The notes beneath the pieces are model-generated. The model did no database searches and was not told the DNA's origin. It saw only the letters and a list, made by a program, of their open reading frames with translations. The translations under genes were made by a program, and so were the position numbers. Source: an uncultured Fibrobacterota bacterium (GTDB taxonomy: Bacteria; Fibrobacterota; Chitinivibrionia; Chitinivibrionales; FEN-1185). Taken from it: a DNA stretch of 64,000 nt. Each line of letters begins with the position of its first letter. The first letter of the stretch is position 1. The stretch is taken from positions 32,001-96,000 of the forward strand of contig CAVWBU010000015.1 in NCBI GenBank assembly GCA_963753345.1, in the 5' to 3' direction. Positions 34,731-45,781 of this stretch are shown piece by piece.

Positions 34731-34888
34731 ATGGGCGTTCCCCTCCCCCTCGACTTCGCTCGGGGTTGGGCCGGTCTCCCTCCGGGCTCGGCTTCTCGCC
34801 TCGTTGCCGCCTGCCACTAAGGCCCTTCGGGCCGTGGTCGGGCGGCGATGCGCTCTTGCTCACCCTCCGGTCCACCTAACGCGCGGCA
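34731..34888 (+). repeat. Family A repeat, copy A2 (followed by a CAACT array at 34929-34948)
   Basis: ATGGGCGTTCCC...CCACCTAACGCGCGGC. Confidence 0.9.
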
Positions 34889-35033
34889 ACGAAATCTATT
34901 CTGTCAATCATTTCTTCTCGCGCCAGTCTTCAACTCTCAACTTTCAACTATTTTTCTCGGTGCGGCCACAACAATGCATGGTCTTGCACAAAGGGAAAAG
35001 TGAAAGTCACGTGATACCCGAAGAGTGGTATTT

Positions 35034-35206
35034 GCGCCAGGGGCGACTGGAGGTCGTGCTGGAGCACGATGCTGCCCGGACCCGCCGCAACGCGGCATAG
35101 GGCCGTGGCAGCCCGAGGCCTTGGCCGAGACCGGAAGGAGAACCGGTGCCGAAGGCAGGCGCCCAATTCTTTAACTGGGTTTTTGAGACAGCCTGAACTT
35201 CCCCCG
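35034..35206 (-). repeat. Family A repeat, copy A3, with GTCTCAAAA leader
   Basis: Reverse complement is nearly identical to 50454-50540 over its first ~85 nt. Confidence 0.88.
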
Positions 35207-35215
35207 CAAAATGAG

Positions 35216-36301
35216 CTACTTCTTGATTTTCGAAGTGGTTCCAACCATAAACTCAACCTTCATCTCCACCGTGTTCGAGAAGAACGAAAGCTTGTCGTCC
35301 GGGTCGCTTCTGTCGGTATTGATATCCTTGTTGAGCACGAACCCCTTTTTTTCCCTGAAAAACCCCAGGTACCGCCCCACATAGCACACAGAAACCTCCA
35401 TACCCGAGGTTTTCGACAATGCGCGCTGGGACGAGATGCCGATTCTCCATCCGCCGCCGTACCCCCAGGCGTAGAAGTTCCTAAGGTTCGCCCTGGCCGC
35501 CACAATCACCGAATCCGGGACGCCGGACCAGGCGACCGAAGTCTGTTTTGACAGATAGGAATACGGCAGGATGTATGCGCCCACGATGACGGACGTGCGG
35601 TCCACGCCTTCTATGCGGAACAACTTTTCGTCAAGGCTGTGCCGATACAGCATGCCCACGTTGAAGGTGTAGGAATCGAGCGATTGCCGGTAGTTGACTT
35701 TCCCGGACGCGGTGTCGCGCTGGAGCGTGGCCTGGAGCACCTTGCCGATGTAACAGAAAGAGCCTTCGAACGACACCGAACTCTTGCGGTAGACGAGCGG
35801 GGTCCAGGAGACCGATATCGGGAAAAGGATGTTGTAGGTGTTCACGGGTTCCGTCACCGACATGCCGAACGTGTCCGGATTCATGGGCAGAATCTTCTGC
35901 ACCGAATCCGGGAGGTTGCTCTGCCAGTCGTTGAAAATGTCGAACGATCCCAGCGCCCAGCCGATGCCGAATCCTATCGAAGGAATCTTGAGGAAAAGGC
36001 TGGCGGTGTCTTCAACCGCAACAGCGGTTTTCCTCTGGAGCTGAAGCGCTGTCCTTTTCAGAAGAGAGTCGTTTGACAATGACGCCGGGTTCTTCTGCGT
36101 TGAATCGGAAACCTTAACAGCGGCAGGAGCGGTGGATGTGTCCTTTGACTGAAGAGATGCGGGCCTTTTGAGAGTGTCCGCAGGCGAGGGATTGACTTTG
36201 AGGGAATCACGGTCTGCGCAATACGCCTGCGTTGTACAGACAAAAGCCGCCGCAATGACGATCATCAACAAGGATTGATGAAAAGATGGCGAGTGGTTCA
36301 T
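35216..36301 (-). CDS. Hypothetical exported, probably outer-membrane, protein
   Basis: Signal peptide, low-complexity linker, beta-strand-like C-terminal part. Confidence 0.65.
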   Translation of the reverse strand: MNHSPSFHQSLLMIVIAAAFVCTTQAYCADRDSLKVNPSPADTLKRPASLQSKDTSTAPAAVKVSDSTQKNPASLSNDSLLKRTALQLQRKTAVAVEDTASLFLKIPSIGFGIGWALGSFDIFNDWQSNLPDSVQKILPMNPDTFGMSVTEPVNTYNILFPISVSWTPLVYRKSSVSFEGSFCYIGKVLQATLQRDTASGKVNYRQSLDSYTFNVGMLYRHSLDEKLFRIEGVDRTSVIVGAYILPYSYLSKQTSVAWSGVPDSVIVAARANLRNFYAWGYGGGWRIGISSQRALSKTSGMEVSVCYVGRYLGFFREKKGFVLNKDINTDRSDPDDKLSFFSNTVEMKVEFMVGTTSKIKK

Positions 36302-36999
36302 GGTGTCGGTACCGTCCGTTTCTTTTCTGCCTGCACCTCGCTGAGGTAGCGCGGCACGATGTTTTCCGCAGTCGTCCATCCGGCGCTGTCGCCGTTGCGG
36401 AGGCCGGCAATCATGGCGCAAGAGAGCCCGCGCTGGAGCGGGAATCGTTCAACGGGAAATACCGAAGTCCTGCCTTTCAGAAAATCGAATGCCGTGCTTC
36501 TTGCATAGCCGAGCGTGTCCGTGATCACAATGTCGTTATTGGAAACGGCCTGCTTGAATTCCTCGACCGTGGAGAGAACGTCGTCCGAGAGGCGCGCCAT
36601 TGCGCCGCCGCATTTTTCGAACCTGGCCGAGAACACCTGGCCGTTGCGCGCGTCCGACGCGCACACGATGAGGGCGTCACGCGCGTGCCAGGCTCCCGCC
36701 ATGCTTTCCAGAGAGGAAACCGGCAGCACGCGGCCGTCGCGGCCGAAAAGAAAACCCTTGAGAAAAGCAATGCCGATGCGCAGGCCGGTAAACGAACCGG
36801 GCCCCACCGCGATTGCGGCATGAGAAATTTCCGAGGGTTTCACCTTGTTCGCGGCCAGAAGATAATCCACTGCCTGGCTGATGTGCTCGGCGTGCGAATT
36901 GCGCAGGTATCTCGACACCGCCATCACGGGACAGCCGTCCGAGGCGAGGCCGATGCCGAGCTCGATGGACGATGTGTCGATGCCGAGCGTGTGATTCAT
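36298..36999 (-). CDS. tsaB: t6A biosynthesis protein TsaB
   Basis: 'LGIDTSS', 'HAE', 'GPGSFTGLRIG', 'DAR...VF', 'P.Y'. Confidence 0.92.
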   Translation of the reverse strand: MNHTLGIDTSSIELGIGLASDGCPVMAVSRYLRNSHAEHISQAVDYLLAANKVKPSEISHAAIAVGPGSFTGLRIGIAFLKGFLFGRDGRVLPVSSLESMAGAWHARDALIVCASDARNGQVFSARFEKCGGAMARLSDDVLSTVEEFKQAVSNNDIVITDTLGYARSTAFDFLKGRTSVFPVERFPLQRGLSCAMIAGLRNGDSAGWTTAENIVPRYLSEVQAEKKRTVPTP

Positions 37000-37007
37000 G
37001 CTGGGTG

Positions 37008-38051
37008 TCAGGGCGTTATCGGGTTTTTGAGCGCGACCTGTATCATCAGGTCGATAAGCTGCCTGTACGTGCCTCCGGCCGCCTTGAAAGATTTGGGAAG
37101 CAGCGAATTGGCGGTGAGGCCCGGAAGCGAGTTGATCTCGAGAACGTACAGCGTTCCGTCTTGAGCGAGGATCATGTCGGTGCGCGACACGCCACGGCAC
37201 GAAAGAATCGCGTGGCATCGCAGAGCAAGGTCCTGGATCCGGTTGACAAGCTCCTTGCCGCGCCGGATGGGCACGATTTCCTCGGATCCGCCGTCATCGT
37301 ATTTCGCCTTGAAGTTGAAGTAATTGGCCTTGAGCGGCCGGATCTCTACGGGCGGAAGCGCCTTGACAGTGCCGTCCGGCATTTCGAGCACCGGACAGGT
37401 GAATTCCGGGCCCTTGATTCCTTTCTCTATGAGAATCTCCGGAGAATACTGGAGCATTTCCTCCATTTTGGTGCCGAGTCCGGCGCCGCAGTCCACGCGG
37501 GTCATGAGTCTGCTCGAACCGGACTGCGGGCACTTTACATACATGGGATAATCGAGCCTGTCTGCAAGGAAACGCCACGTCACTTCCGGATGGCCTCTCC
37601 CAGCGATGTAGAACGGGGGAGTCTTGATGTTGTTCTGTTCGAACATGAACTTGGTAGCGATTTTATTCATTGCCACTGCGCTTGCGAATACGCTCGACCC
37701 GGTGTAGGGGACCATGATGGTGTCGAGGTATCCCTGCAGCAGGCCGTCTTCCCCGAAGGAACCGTGCACGGCGAGAAAGGCGACGTCGCAGTTTTTCCAG
37801 ACCGCCTCGGACGCGTACGGCTTGAACGGCCCCTTAAAGCGCTTGCTTTTTGCGGGGTCGGCAAGCTCGTCTGTCGTGGGAAGATTCTTCGCAATATCGC
37901 AAAAGAAGAATTCCTGGTCTACGGAAATCACCACCGCTCTTGCAGAATATTTCCTGCGGTTAATGTTTTTGAGGACCTCGTGTCCGGACAACAGCGAGAT
38001 TTCGTGCTCGGCCGAAGGGCCGCCCATCACCACGTTTACGCGGAGAGGCAT
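37008..38051 (-). CDS. ddl: D-alanine--D-alanine ligase
   Basis: '[11 protein letters not shown]', 'HGSFGEDG', 'KAKY', '[15 protein letters not shown]'. Confidence 0.93.
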   Translation of the reverse strand: MPLRVNVVMGGPSAEHEISLLSGHEVLKNINRRKYSARAVVISVDQEFFFCDIAKNLPTTDELADPAKSKRFKGPFKPYASEAVWKNCDVAFLAVHGSFGEDGLLQGYLDTIMVPYTGSSVFASAVAMNKIATKFMFEQNNIKTPPFYIAGRGHPEVTWRFLADRLDYPMYVKCPQSGSSRLMTRVDCGAGLGTKMEEMLQYSPEILIEKGIKGPEFTCPVLEMPDGTVKALPPVEIRPLKANYFNFKAKYDDGGSEEIVPIRRGKELVNRIQDLALRCHAILSCRGVSRTDMILAQDGTLYVLEINSLPGLTANSLLPKSFKAAGGTYRQLIDLMIQVALKNPITP

Positions 38052-39370
38052 AGGTTTGCTTCCTTTATTTTTTTAGCGATGACGTCGACGCATTGCGCGG
38101 CCGCGATGCGGTACTGCTGGCGTGAATCGCGCTCCCGCACCGTCACGGTGTCGTCCTGGATCGACTGGCCGTCCACCGTGATGCAGTAGGGGGTGCCTGC
38201 CTCGTCCTGGCGCGCATATCGGCGGCCGATCGCAGAATTAAGATCGAAAGAAGCCCGCACCGAATTGTCAAGCAGATCCTTGTATATCTTTTCCGCCTTT
38301 TCCGGCATGCCCTCCTTCTTCACAAGGGGGAGCACCGCCGCCTTGATGGGCGCGAGCGCCGGATGGAACCGCATGATCACCCGCTGGGCGTCCTCCTTGT
38401 CGACGTCGTACGCGTCGATGAGGAAGGCGAGCGTGGCGCGGTCCGCGCCGGCTGCCGGTTCGATCACGTAGGGGAAAATGTGCTGCTTGGACTCCTCGTC
38501 GAAATAGGAGAGGTCCCTGCCGCTGGACTCCGTGTGCCTTTTAAGGTCGAAATCGGTGCGGTTGGCGATGCCTTCCAGCTCGCTCCACCCGAACGGGAAC
38601 TGGTATTCCACGTCGGCACAAGCCTTGGCATAATGCGCAAGCTCGTCCTGCGCATGATCGCGCAGCCGGAGGTTGTCTTTCTTGATGCCGAGCCGAAGAT
38701 ACCACGAAAGCCTCGCGTTGCGCCAGTATTCGTACCACTCTGCGTCGGTGCCCGGCATGCAGAAGAACTCCATTTCCATTTGCTCGAACTCGCGCGTGCG
38801 GTAGGTGAAGTTGCCGGGCGTTATCTCGTTGCGGAAGCTTTTGCCGATCTGGGCGATGCCGAACGGCGGCTTGAGCCGCGCGGCCTGCTGGACATTGAGG
38901 AAATTTACGAAAATGCCCTGCGCAGTTTCCGGCCGCATGTACACGACCGCCGAAGAGTCTTCAACAGGGCCCATGAATGTTTTAAACATCAGGTTGAATT
39001 TCCGCACGCCGGTGAGCTCGCCGCCGCACTTGGGACATTTTGTGAGGTCGGTGAGGTGGTCGGCGCGGAACCGTTCCTTGCACGATTTGCAGTCGACAAG
39101 CGGGTCGGTGAAGCCAGCGAGATGGCCGGACGCTTCCCAGACCTTGGGATGCATGAGAATTGCCGCGTCGAGTCCCACGATGTCGCGGCGGTTGGTCACC
39201 ATGGACTTCCACCATGCCTCTTTGACGTTGCGCTTGAGCTCGACGCCGAGAGGGCCATAGTCCCAGCAGCTTGTCAGGCCGCCGTAGATCTCGCTTGACT
39301 GGAAAATAAATCCGCGTCTCTTGCACAAAGACACGATGGTTGTCATGAGGTCGGGAGCCTTTTGAGCCAT
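38036..39370 (-). CDS. glyQS: Glycine--tRNA ligase (alpha2 type)
   Basis: '[15 protein letters not shown]', 'RPETAQGIF', '[11 protein letters not shown]', '[13 protein letters not shown]'. Confidence 0.96.
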   Translation of the reverse strand: MAQKAPDLMTTIVSLCKRRGFIFQSSEIYGGLTSCWDYGPLGVELKRNVKEAWWKSMVTNRRDIVGLDAAILMHPKVWEASGHLAGFTDPLVDCKSCKERFRADHLTDLTKCPKCGGELTGVRKFNLMFKTFMGPVEDSSAVVYMRPETAQGIFVNFLNVQQAARLKPPFGIAQIGKSFRNEITPGNFTYRTREFEQMEMEFFCMPGTDAEWYEYWRNARLSWYLRLGIKKDNLRLRDHAQDELAHYAKACADVEYQFPFGWSELEGIANRTDFDLKRHTESSGRDLSYFDEESKQHIFPYVIEPAAGADRATLAFLIDAYDVDKEDAQRVIMRFHPALAPIKAAVLPLVKKEGMPEKAEKIYKDLLDNSVRASFDLNSAIGRRYARQDEAGTPYCITVDGQSIQDDTVTVRERDSRQQYRIAAAQCVDVIAKKIKEANLCLSA

Positions 39371-39381
39371 TACATATTCCT

Positions 39382-40377
39382 TTATGTCTTCAGCGTAAGC
39401 TGCTGTTGTTTCGAAAGATACTTCTTTAGATTCAAGGTGAGCCTTTGCATGATCGGCTTGGAAACATCCACCTCGAAATCCATGCCGGTTATCATTTCGT
39501 AAAGACGGATATACCGGTGCGAAAGCTCGATCACAAGTTCTTTCGGTGCAGCCGGCAGCACCGCGTCCTTGTACGGATCGCAATGCTCCTTGAACCAGAG
39601 ACGCAGAAATTCCTTGTCGATGTTTTCCGGTTCCTGCCCGTCTTGTATGCGCTGTTTGTAACTGTCCGCGAGCCAGTAGCGCGAAGAGTCCGGGGTATGG
39701 ATTTCGTCAATGAGCAAGATGTTCCCCTTGTCGTCCGTGCCGAGTTCGTATTTGGTGTCCACCAGAATGAGACCGTTCTGGCCCGCGATGTCGGTTCCGC
39801 GGCTGAAAAGCCCGAACACGATTTCCTCGAGTTTCTTCCACGTCTTTGCGTCGACAATGCCGCGGCCTACGATTTCCTTTGCGGAAATCGATTCATCATG
39901 CTCGTCCGATTTCGTGGTTGGCGTTAAAATCGGCTTGACGAATTTCTGGTTCTTGGTCATGCCGTCCGGCAGTATGTTTCCGCAAATGTCGCGCTTCCCC
40001 TTGGTATACTGCGTCCATGCGGACGTGTCGGTCGACCCGGTGAGATACCCGCGAACCACGAATTCGACGGGGAAGACCCTGCATTTTTTCGCCACCGTAA
40101 CGTTCGGATCGGGCACGTCGAGCACCGCGTTTGCGACAATGTCACTTGTGTTGTCAAACCAGAACGCGCTCACCTGGTTGAGCGCCTGTCCTTTGAACGG
40201 GATCGAGGCGAGGATGCGGTCAAAGGCGCTCTGGCGGTCGGTGGTGATGAGGAGCATCCTGTCGCCGAGATCGTAGGTGTCGCGCACCTTGCCCTTCTTC
40301 CGATTCGGCACGTTGAGAAACGACGTGTCGTCGAGGCAGTTGGCAAGGTTTTTTTCTATAAGTTCTTTTGAAACCAT
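39382..40377 (-). CDS. purC: SAICAR synthase
   Basis: 'KGKVRDTY', 'TDRQSAFD', 'LVDTKYELG', '[12 protein letters not shown]', 'DKEFLR'. Confidence 0.95.
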   Translation of the reverse strand: MVSKELIEKNLANCLDDTSFLNVPNRKKGKVRDTYDLGDRMLLITTDRQSAFDRILASIPFKGQALNQVSAFWFDNTSDIVANAVLDVPDPNVTVAKKCRVFPVEFVVRGYLTGSTDTSAWTQYTKGKRDICGNILPDGMTKNQKFVKPILTPTTKSDEHDESISAKEIVGRGIVDAKTWKKLEEIVFGLFSRGTDIAGQNGLILVDTKYELGTDDKGNILLIDEIHTPDSSRYWLADSYKQRIQDGQEPENIDKEFLRLWFKEHCDPYKDAVLPAAPKELVIELSHRYIRLYEMITGMDFEVDVSKPIMQRLTLNLKKYLSKQQQLTLKT

Positions 40378-40529
40378 GAATGGTCCTGCGGGCCGGATCG
40401 GTTTGAAAAGCGGTTGGTAAAGCACTTGGAAAACGATGTAACAAAATAGTTTATGTCGGATATGATCGGATAGGAGGAGAAAAAATGGGCGTTCCCCCAT
40501 GTAGAGCTGTATCAAAATAATGCAAATTT

Positions 40530-40671
40530 GGTGGGGGAGGTGTCCCCCTGGCCCCAAGTCTCCTCGCCACGCTCCGCGCGTCTGCGGGGTCTTGGGGCAC
40601 ACCCCCTCGTGGGTAGCCCCCTATGGAGTTACTTTGCGAGAAAGAAGCCTAGGCTGCGGGGGCACCAAGAA
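40530..40671 (+). repeat. Family B repeat (B2); a stub of an A 5' end lies at 40486-40499
   Basis: GTGGGGGAG...CCCCCTCGTGGGTAGCCCCCTA...CTGCGGGGGCACCAAGAAA, shared with 48946-49095. Confidence 0.85.
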
Positions 40672-40717
40672 ACATTGTGGAATGATGATCGCAGAATGCG
40701 GAATAAGGCAGAAGAAT

Positions 40718-40886
40718 GTCATTGCGAGCCCCTCGTCAGAGCTCGGGATAAACTCCGCGAAGCACCGTAACTAGGATCGCATACAATCCTAAAGGAGTAG
40801 CTGCGAAGCGAATCTACAGTTGATTCTTCAGAATATGAATTCCTTTTGACCTCTCCCCCAACCCCTCTCCGGACAGAGAGGAGAGT
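40718..40886. repeat. Two further REP-like palindromic units
   Basis: GTCATTGCGAG...GCGAAGCA (40718-40765) and CCTCTCCCCCAACCCCTCTCC...GAGAGGAGAG (40850-40885). Confidence 0.5.
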
Positions 40887-40933
40887 GACAGATGCGAAAG
40901 CCGTGCTGAGAGTTGGGCTGTGTCTTATGCGCC

Positions 40934-41109
40934 GCGCCAGGCCGGACTGCAAGGTGCGCCAGAGCGCATTGCCGGCCGACCCCGCCGCCAGGCATAGGGG
41001 CGGTTCGGCAACGAGGCCTTGGCCGAGCCTGGAAGGAGGGCCGCCGCCGTCTTCGGCGGGGCGCCCAAATCTTCTCTTGAGTTTTGAGACCGGCTGTGCT
41101 TCTCCCCCG
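40934..41109 (-). repeat. Family A repeat, copy A4, with GTCTCAAAA leader
   Basis: Minus strand: CGGGGGAGAAGCACAGCCGGTCTCAAAAC...TGGGCGCCC...CCTGGCGC. Confidence 0.85.
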
Positions 41110-41310
41110 ATATTAATTGAATTTGAATTTAAAGTCCCATGTTTTCAATTTGGCAAATATACGATAGAAGGGTTATATTCTGTAATAGGGGGAAGATTAC
41201 CGCGCGCCTGCGCGGTCGACCATCGGTTCCGGTTCGCGGTACTGATATTTCCGCTAGTGAAAAATACTCCAATGTCAATGACGTACTTTAAGCGTTAAAG
41301 GGGGAGTGCT

Positions 41311-44112
41311 ATGAGGTGCAGAGACAAGTTTGTGATGTTGTCGATCATTGCGGCAATCGCCGTATGTTCCGCCGAAACCTATGTCCCGCAGTTCGGCAAC
41401 CGGGTCAAGATCAACTTCGGCGCCACGCCGTGGAAATTCACGAAAGGCGACGCGCTCAACGCCCAGCTCCCGGCTACCAGCGACGCCGCGTGGAGCACGG
41501 TGGGCGTTCCGCACACCTGGAGCGACACGGAATCGTTCAACAACCAGATGGGGGGCGGGGCCACGGGTTCGATGTACGGCGGAGTTGCCTGGTACCGAAA
41601 GCACTTCACGCTTGACAACGGCTATTCCGGCAGAAAACTGTTCGTCGAAATCGAGGGTGCGCACCTGGGCGCTGCGGTATACATCAACGGAACGTTTCTC
41701 CCCGGCAACGACGGCATCAACGCCAATGCAACGCATGTGGTGGGGTTCATCGGGTTTGTCGTGGATATCACGCCGTATGCGAAATTCGGCGGCGCGGACA
41801 ATGTCCTGGCCGTTCGGATGAGCGGCAACGGCGGATTCTTCACCTATCCGGGGTTCTCGATAGACTTCCGGTTCGGCCAGGGAGACTACGGGCTTTTTCG
41901 CCCCGTGTGGCTCCATGTAACCGACCCCGTCCACGTGCCGCTTAACGTGTACTCGGTGCTCAACCAGTGGGGAACCTACGTGGCCACCGTGTCGGCCACC
42001 GACGCGTCGGCAACCATCCGCGTGCTCACGAACGTGAGAAACGACAATGCCGCGGCACAGACCGTCACCCTCACCACCAAGGTGGTTGACGCAGCAAACA
42101 ACGTGGTTTTGACAATGGATACCACCCAGTCGGTGGGAGCGGACACGAATTACGCGTTCGACCAGACCGGAACCATCGCTAACCCGACATTGTGGTATCC
42201 GGCGGGCAGCGCTTTTGGGAAGCCCTACATGTACCGGGTGTACCATATTGTCAAGGTGAACGGGAATGTGGTCGATGTCTTCGAAAGCCCGCTCGGCATA
42301 CGGGTGATCACGTGGGACAAGAACTTCCCGTATATCAACGGCCACCAGCACTACATGTGGGGAGTTTCGGGCCGTTACGACTATCCCGCGCTGGGCACGG
42401 CCGTTCCCGAGGAACAGCAGTGGCGTGACGTGAAGCTCGCCGGCGAATGCAGCGCAAACCTGTGGCGGCCTGGCCATTCTTCGTCGAGTCCGGAGTTTGT
42501 CGCCGCGTGTGACGAGTACGGCGTGATGCTCGTGCAGCCGAGCGGCGAGCTCGAAGGAACGTTCGCCACGGGCAATCTCAACCCCACCAAGCAGGCCTAC
42601 AAGACCCAACTGCACCGGGACATGGTCATCCGCGACAGGAACCATCCGTCGGTCCTTGCGTGGGAAGTGAGCAATGGCCCCATCGATCCCACGTTTGCTT
42701 CCCAGCTCAAGACGGTTGCAAAGACGTGGGATTTTGTCAATACGAGGCCGCAGTCCGACAGGGGAGGGAGCGCGGCGGATCCGACCATCGCAGACCTGAT
42801 CTCCTGTTCCTCGTCCGGCTGCGAGATCGCCATGAAGAACGGACTGCCGAACACCCCGTGCTGGGGTGCCGAGGCTTGGGGCGGCAACCGCACCGCGCGG
42901 TTTGCATGGGATTATGAGATCGCGTTTGCCGGCCAGTACATTCAGAACTGGAGAAAGTCCAGACAGGCGAACTGCTTCGGTCTTGCGCACTGGTATCTTT
43001 GCGAGGCGCCGGGCGAATCAGGCGCGTTCCTGGAAGGTGTTGCGGAAGGCAACGTGCGGTCGTTCGGTTCATCGATGATGGATTTCAACCGCATTCCGAA
43101 GCTGATGTACTACATCTACCAGGCGGCATGGACGCCGTATTCGGTGAAGCCCGTGGTTGCGCTTGCGCATCACTGGAACAGGTCGGGCACCGTTCAGGTC
43201 AATGCATTCAGCAACTGCCCGAGCGTTCAGCTCAGGATCAACGGCAACGCCCAGGGCGCAAAGACCCCGAATGCGTGGACCGGCACGGGCGACGGCACCG
43301 ACCAGAACACCACGCAGCTGCCGTTTCAGTGTTCCTGGAGCGTGTCGTGGGCCGCGGGTACGGTCCGCGCCGAGGGGCTTGACGCAAGCGGAAACGTTGT
43401 CTGCTTTGACGAAAGGACGACCGCGGGCGCACCGGCTAAGATCGTCTTGAGCGTTGAGCCGCCGCTTGTCAAGCCGGACGGCGACACGTTCCAGATCACG
43501 GCCAACGGCAGCGACGCGGCATTCATCCTTGCGAAGGTCGTTGACGCAAACGGAATCTGGTGTCCCACGGCGAGCAATCCGGTAACGTTCTCCGTTTCCG
43601 CGCTGGGCAACTACCGCGGCGGGTCGGACCAGTACGTTACCTCTGGGAAACCCATTGACTACCATTCGCCGCTCGACCCGGAACTTTCCGCAGAAGGCGG
43701 TATGTGCAAAGTTGCGGTGCGCTCAATGTTCACGCCGGGAACGGTGACGGTCACCGCCGCCTCCGCGGGACTGACGTCGGGCACTGCGTCGTTCACCGTG
43801 TATCCCGTGCCTCCGGTTCCGCCGGTTTCTGTCCACAATCCTGTTGCTCTTCCCGGCGCATCCGTCGCGCAGATTGTCCGCATGAGGTCGGTCGGCAACG
43901 GCGTGCGGTATTTCCTCACGAGGCCCGCAGGCGTTTCGTTTGAAATTCTCGACGCCGCAGGCAAGATCGTGCAGAGGACCGCAATCCCGGCGCAGACTCA
44001 GGGATGGCACCTGCTGCGGCTTGATCAGGCGAAAGGTTCAGGGGTTTACATGGTGCGATGCACGGTTGACGGAGGAGGGCGGAACGTGTGCAGGGTGGTG
44101 ATGACGAGGTAG
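41311..44112 (+). CDS. Secreted glycoside hydrolase family 2 (beta-galactosidase-like) with CTD
   Basis: 'VPHTWS', 'WYRKHF', 'RDRNHPSVLAWE', 'VNAFSNC', 'TAGAPAKIVL'. Confidence 0.88.
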   Translation: MRCRDKFVMLSIIAAIAVCSAETYVPQFGNRVKINFGATPWKFTKGDALNAQLPATSDAAWSTVGVPHTWSDTESFNNQMGGGATGSMYGGVAWYRKHFTLDNGYSGRKLFVEIEGAHLGAAVYINGTFLPGNDGINANATHVVGFIGFVVDITPYAKFGGADNVLAVRMSGNGGFFTYPGFSIDFRFGQGDYGLFRPVWLHVTDPVHVPLNVYSVLNQWGTYVATVSATDASATIRVLTNVRNDNAAAQTVTLTTKVVDAANNVVLTMDTTQSVGADTNYAFDQTGTIANPTLWYPAGSAFGKPYMYRVYHIVKVNGNVVDVFESPLGIRVITWDKNFPYINGHQHYMWGVSGRYDYPALGTAVPEEQQWRDVKLAGECSANLWRPGHSSSSPEFVAACDEYGVMLVQPSGELEGTFATGNLNPTKQAYKTQLHRDMVIRDRNHPSVLAWEVSNGPIDPTFASQLKTVAKTWDFVNTRPQSDRGGSAADPTIADLISCSSSGCEIAMKNGLPNTPCWGAEAWGGNRTARFAWDYEIAFAGQYIQNWRKSRQANCFGLAHWYLCEAPGESGAFLEGVAEGNVRSFGSSMMDFNRIPKLMYYIYQAAWTPYSVKPVVALAHHWNRSGTVQVNAFSNCPSVQLRINGNAQGAKTPNAWTGTGDGTDQNTTQLPFQCSWSVSWAAGTVRAEGLDASGNVVCFDERTTAGAPAKIVLSVEPPLVKPDGDTFQITANGSDAAFILAKVVDANGIWCPTASNPVTFSVSALGNYRGGSDQYVTSGKPIDYHSPLDPELSAEGGMCKVAVRSMFTPGTVTVTAASAGLTSGTASFTVYPVPPVPPVSVHNPVALPGASVAQIVRMRSVGNGVRYFLTRPAGVSFEILDAAGKIVQRTAIPAQTQGWHLLRLDQAKGSGVYMVRCTVDGGGRNVCRVVMTR

Positions 44113-44148
44113 TTTGACAAAGCATAAATATCAAGAAGAAGAAAGACT

Positions 44149-44316
44149 TGGGCGTTCCCCAAAAGGAAAGGCGCATTCATATGTGCCTTTCCTTTTGGGT
44201 CGGTCTCCCTCCGGGCTCGGCTGTTCGCCTCGTTGCCGCCTGTCCCAACCGCCTTCGGCTAGGGATCAGGCGGCAATGCGCTCCAGCGCACCCTCCGGTC
44301 CACCTAACGCGCGGGC
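44149..44316 (+). repeat. Family A repeat, copy A5; CAACT array and B 3' stub at 44421-44474
   Basis: TGGGCGTTCCC...CACCTAACGCGCGG; minus strand of 44421-44474 reads GGGGGCACCGCGAGAAGAAAGTTGAGAGGTTGAG. Confidence 0.88.
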
Positions 44317-44538
44317 AGAGTGTGGGGTGCCGATGACCTTCCAATTCTGATTGACAAAGTATACTTTTTCAGGCGGAGCGCAGGCGTTGCGCCTCGCGCA
44401 GGTTGCGGCGCTTTTACAAACTTCTTAACTGCTCAACTTCTCAACCTCTCAACTTTCTTCTCGCGGTGCCCCCCCAGATAGTCTTTTTTTGCTCTACTAG
44501 ATACTCTTTCTCTTTTTCGAAATCTCCCAACAAAATTC

Positions 44539-44587
44539 TTGACACGTTACCCCTATATGTGTATATTATACACGTCACCCATGTATA
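44539..44587 (+). promoter_or_regulatory. lexA promoter with overlapping palindromes (candidate SOS boxes)
   Basis: TTGACA-N17-TATATT; GTGTATA-T-TATACAC; TATACA-N9-TGTATA. Confidence 0.7.
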
Positions 44588-44615
44588 CTATCCACCCACC
44601 CAATGGAACCACGAA

Positions 44616-45293
44616 ATGACATCTGCCATGAATATCAGCAGTGCAGGCGAGGGCGATAAAACCGTCACCGAAACTGCGCTCACAAAGAAGCAGAAAATGG
44701 TGCTCGACTTCATCGAGTCGCGGTACGTGGAGGCGGGGAGAGCGCCCACGTACGAAGAAATCGCGGCAAAGTTCAAATGGCGCTCGGCAAATTCCGTCAC
44801 CAACCATGTCGCTGCGCTGCGAGAAAAGGGCTACATCGCCGAGACAGGAGGCAAAAACCGTCACGTGACGCCCACGCGCATCGTGCGCATGCATCCGCGG
44901 CAGACCACGCGAATTCCTCTTATCGGCAGCATTGCGGCCGGCGCGCCCATCGAGGCGATAGAAAATGTTGAGACCTGGTTCGAATGGGACGCGCTCGGCG
45001 TCACCAACGAGCGGGGAGACAAGTTCGCGTTGCGCGTAAAGGGCAATTCCATGGTCAACCGCGGCATCCGCAACGGTGACATCGTGGTGGTGCAGCGCCA
45101 GTCGTTCGTCACGCGGCGCGACGTTGCCGCGGTGCGCGTGGGCAGCGAAGTCACGCTCAAGTATGTAAAGCAGGAGGCAAACAGCATAAGGCTCATACCC
45201 GACAACGACTTCGTTGCGCCATTGACCGTCGCGCCGACAGATGATTTCGAGGTTATGGGGAAGGTGGTAAGGCTATTTAGAGAGGATATATAA
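44616..45293 (+). CDS. lexA: LexA repressor
   Basis: 'LTKKQ..VLDFI', 'PTYEEIA', Ala-Gly site 'IAAG', Ser in 'GNSM', Lys in 'VTLK'. Confidence 0.93.
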   Translation: MTSAMNISSAGEGDKTVTETALTKKQKMVLDFIESRYVEAGRAPTYEEIAAKFKWRSANSVTNHVAALREKGYIAETGGKNRHVTPTRIVRMHPRQTTRIPLIGSIAAGAPIEAIENVETWFEWDALGVTNERGDKFALRVKGNSMVNRGIRNGDIVVVQRQSFVTRRDVAAVRVGSEVTLKYVKQEANSIRLIPDNDFVAPLTVAPTDDFEVMGKVVRLFREDI

Positions 45294-45310
45294 CTAAAAT
45301 AATAAATAAG

Positions 45311-45476
45311 ATGGGCGTTCCCTTGGCAGAGGCGCAAGATTTTTCGCCTCTGCCAAGGGCGGCCCTCGCTCCGGTCTCGGCCTTCGGCCTCGGGCGGCCT
45401 GCCACAAAGGCCCTGCGGGCCGTGGTCAGGCCGCACCGTGCTCCAGCGCGGCCTCCGTTCCGGCCTAACGCGGCGC
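45311..45476 (+). repeat. Family A repeat, copy A6
   Basis: ATGGGCGTTCCC...GGCCTAACGCGG. Confidence 0.88.
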
Positions 45477-45581
45477 AGAGGTTTGTTGGCCTGTCTGTTT
45501 TATTCTGCATCCGCCCTAACTTTTTGCAGGTTTTTAAACAGATTGGCGCGAGATGTGATATTGACAGAATAGACTTCAGTT

Positions 45582-45746
45582 GCCGCGCGTTAGGTGGACT
45601 GGAGGGTGAGCAAGAGCGAATTGCCGGCCGACCCCGGCCGAAGGCCCTCGGGGCGGTCCGGCAACGAGGCGAAAGCCGAGCCCGGAAGGAGACCGACCCC
45701 AGGTAGGAGGCGAACGGCCGTGCGCCTCTACTTGGGGAAACGTCCC
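45582..45746 (-). repeat. Family A repeat, copy A7
   Basis: Plus strand reads GCCGCGCGTTAGGTGGAC...GGGGAAACGTCCC. Confidence 0.88.
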
Positions 45747-45781
45747 AACTCTTATAATAATAATAATGAAAAAACATAAAC

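Noticed and set aside
34821-34833. C-UUCG-G RNA tetraloops
   Set aside because: The stems pair perfectly only with a 3-nt loop (TTC/GAA), and the loop varies to TAC/TGC.
45463-45595. Integron attC-like GCCTAAC...GTTAGGT (RYYYAAC/GTTRRRY) between genes
   Set aside because: It arises from two inverted A copies. The centre is not palindromic, four copies have CCTGGC instead of AAC, many flanking genes are housekeeping, and no integrase is seen.
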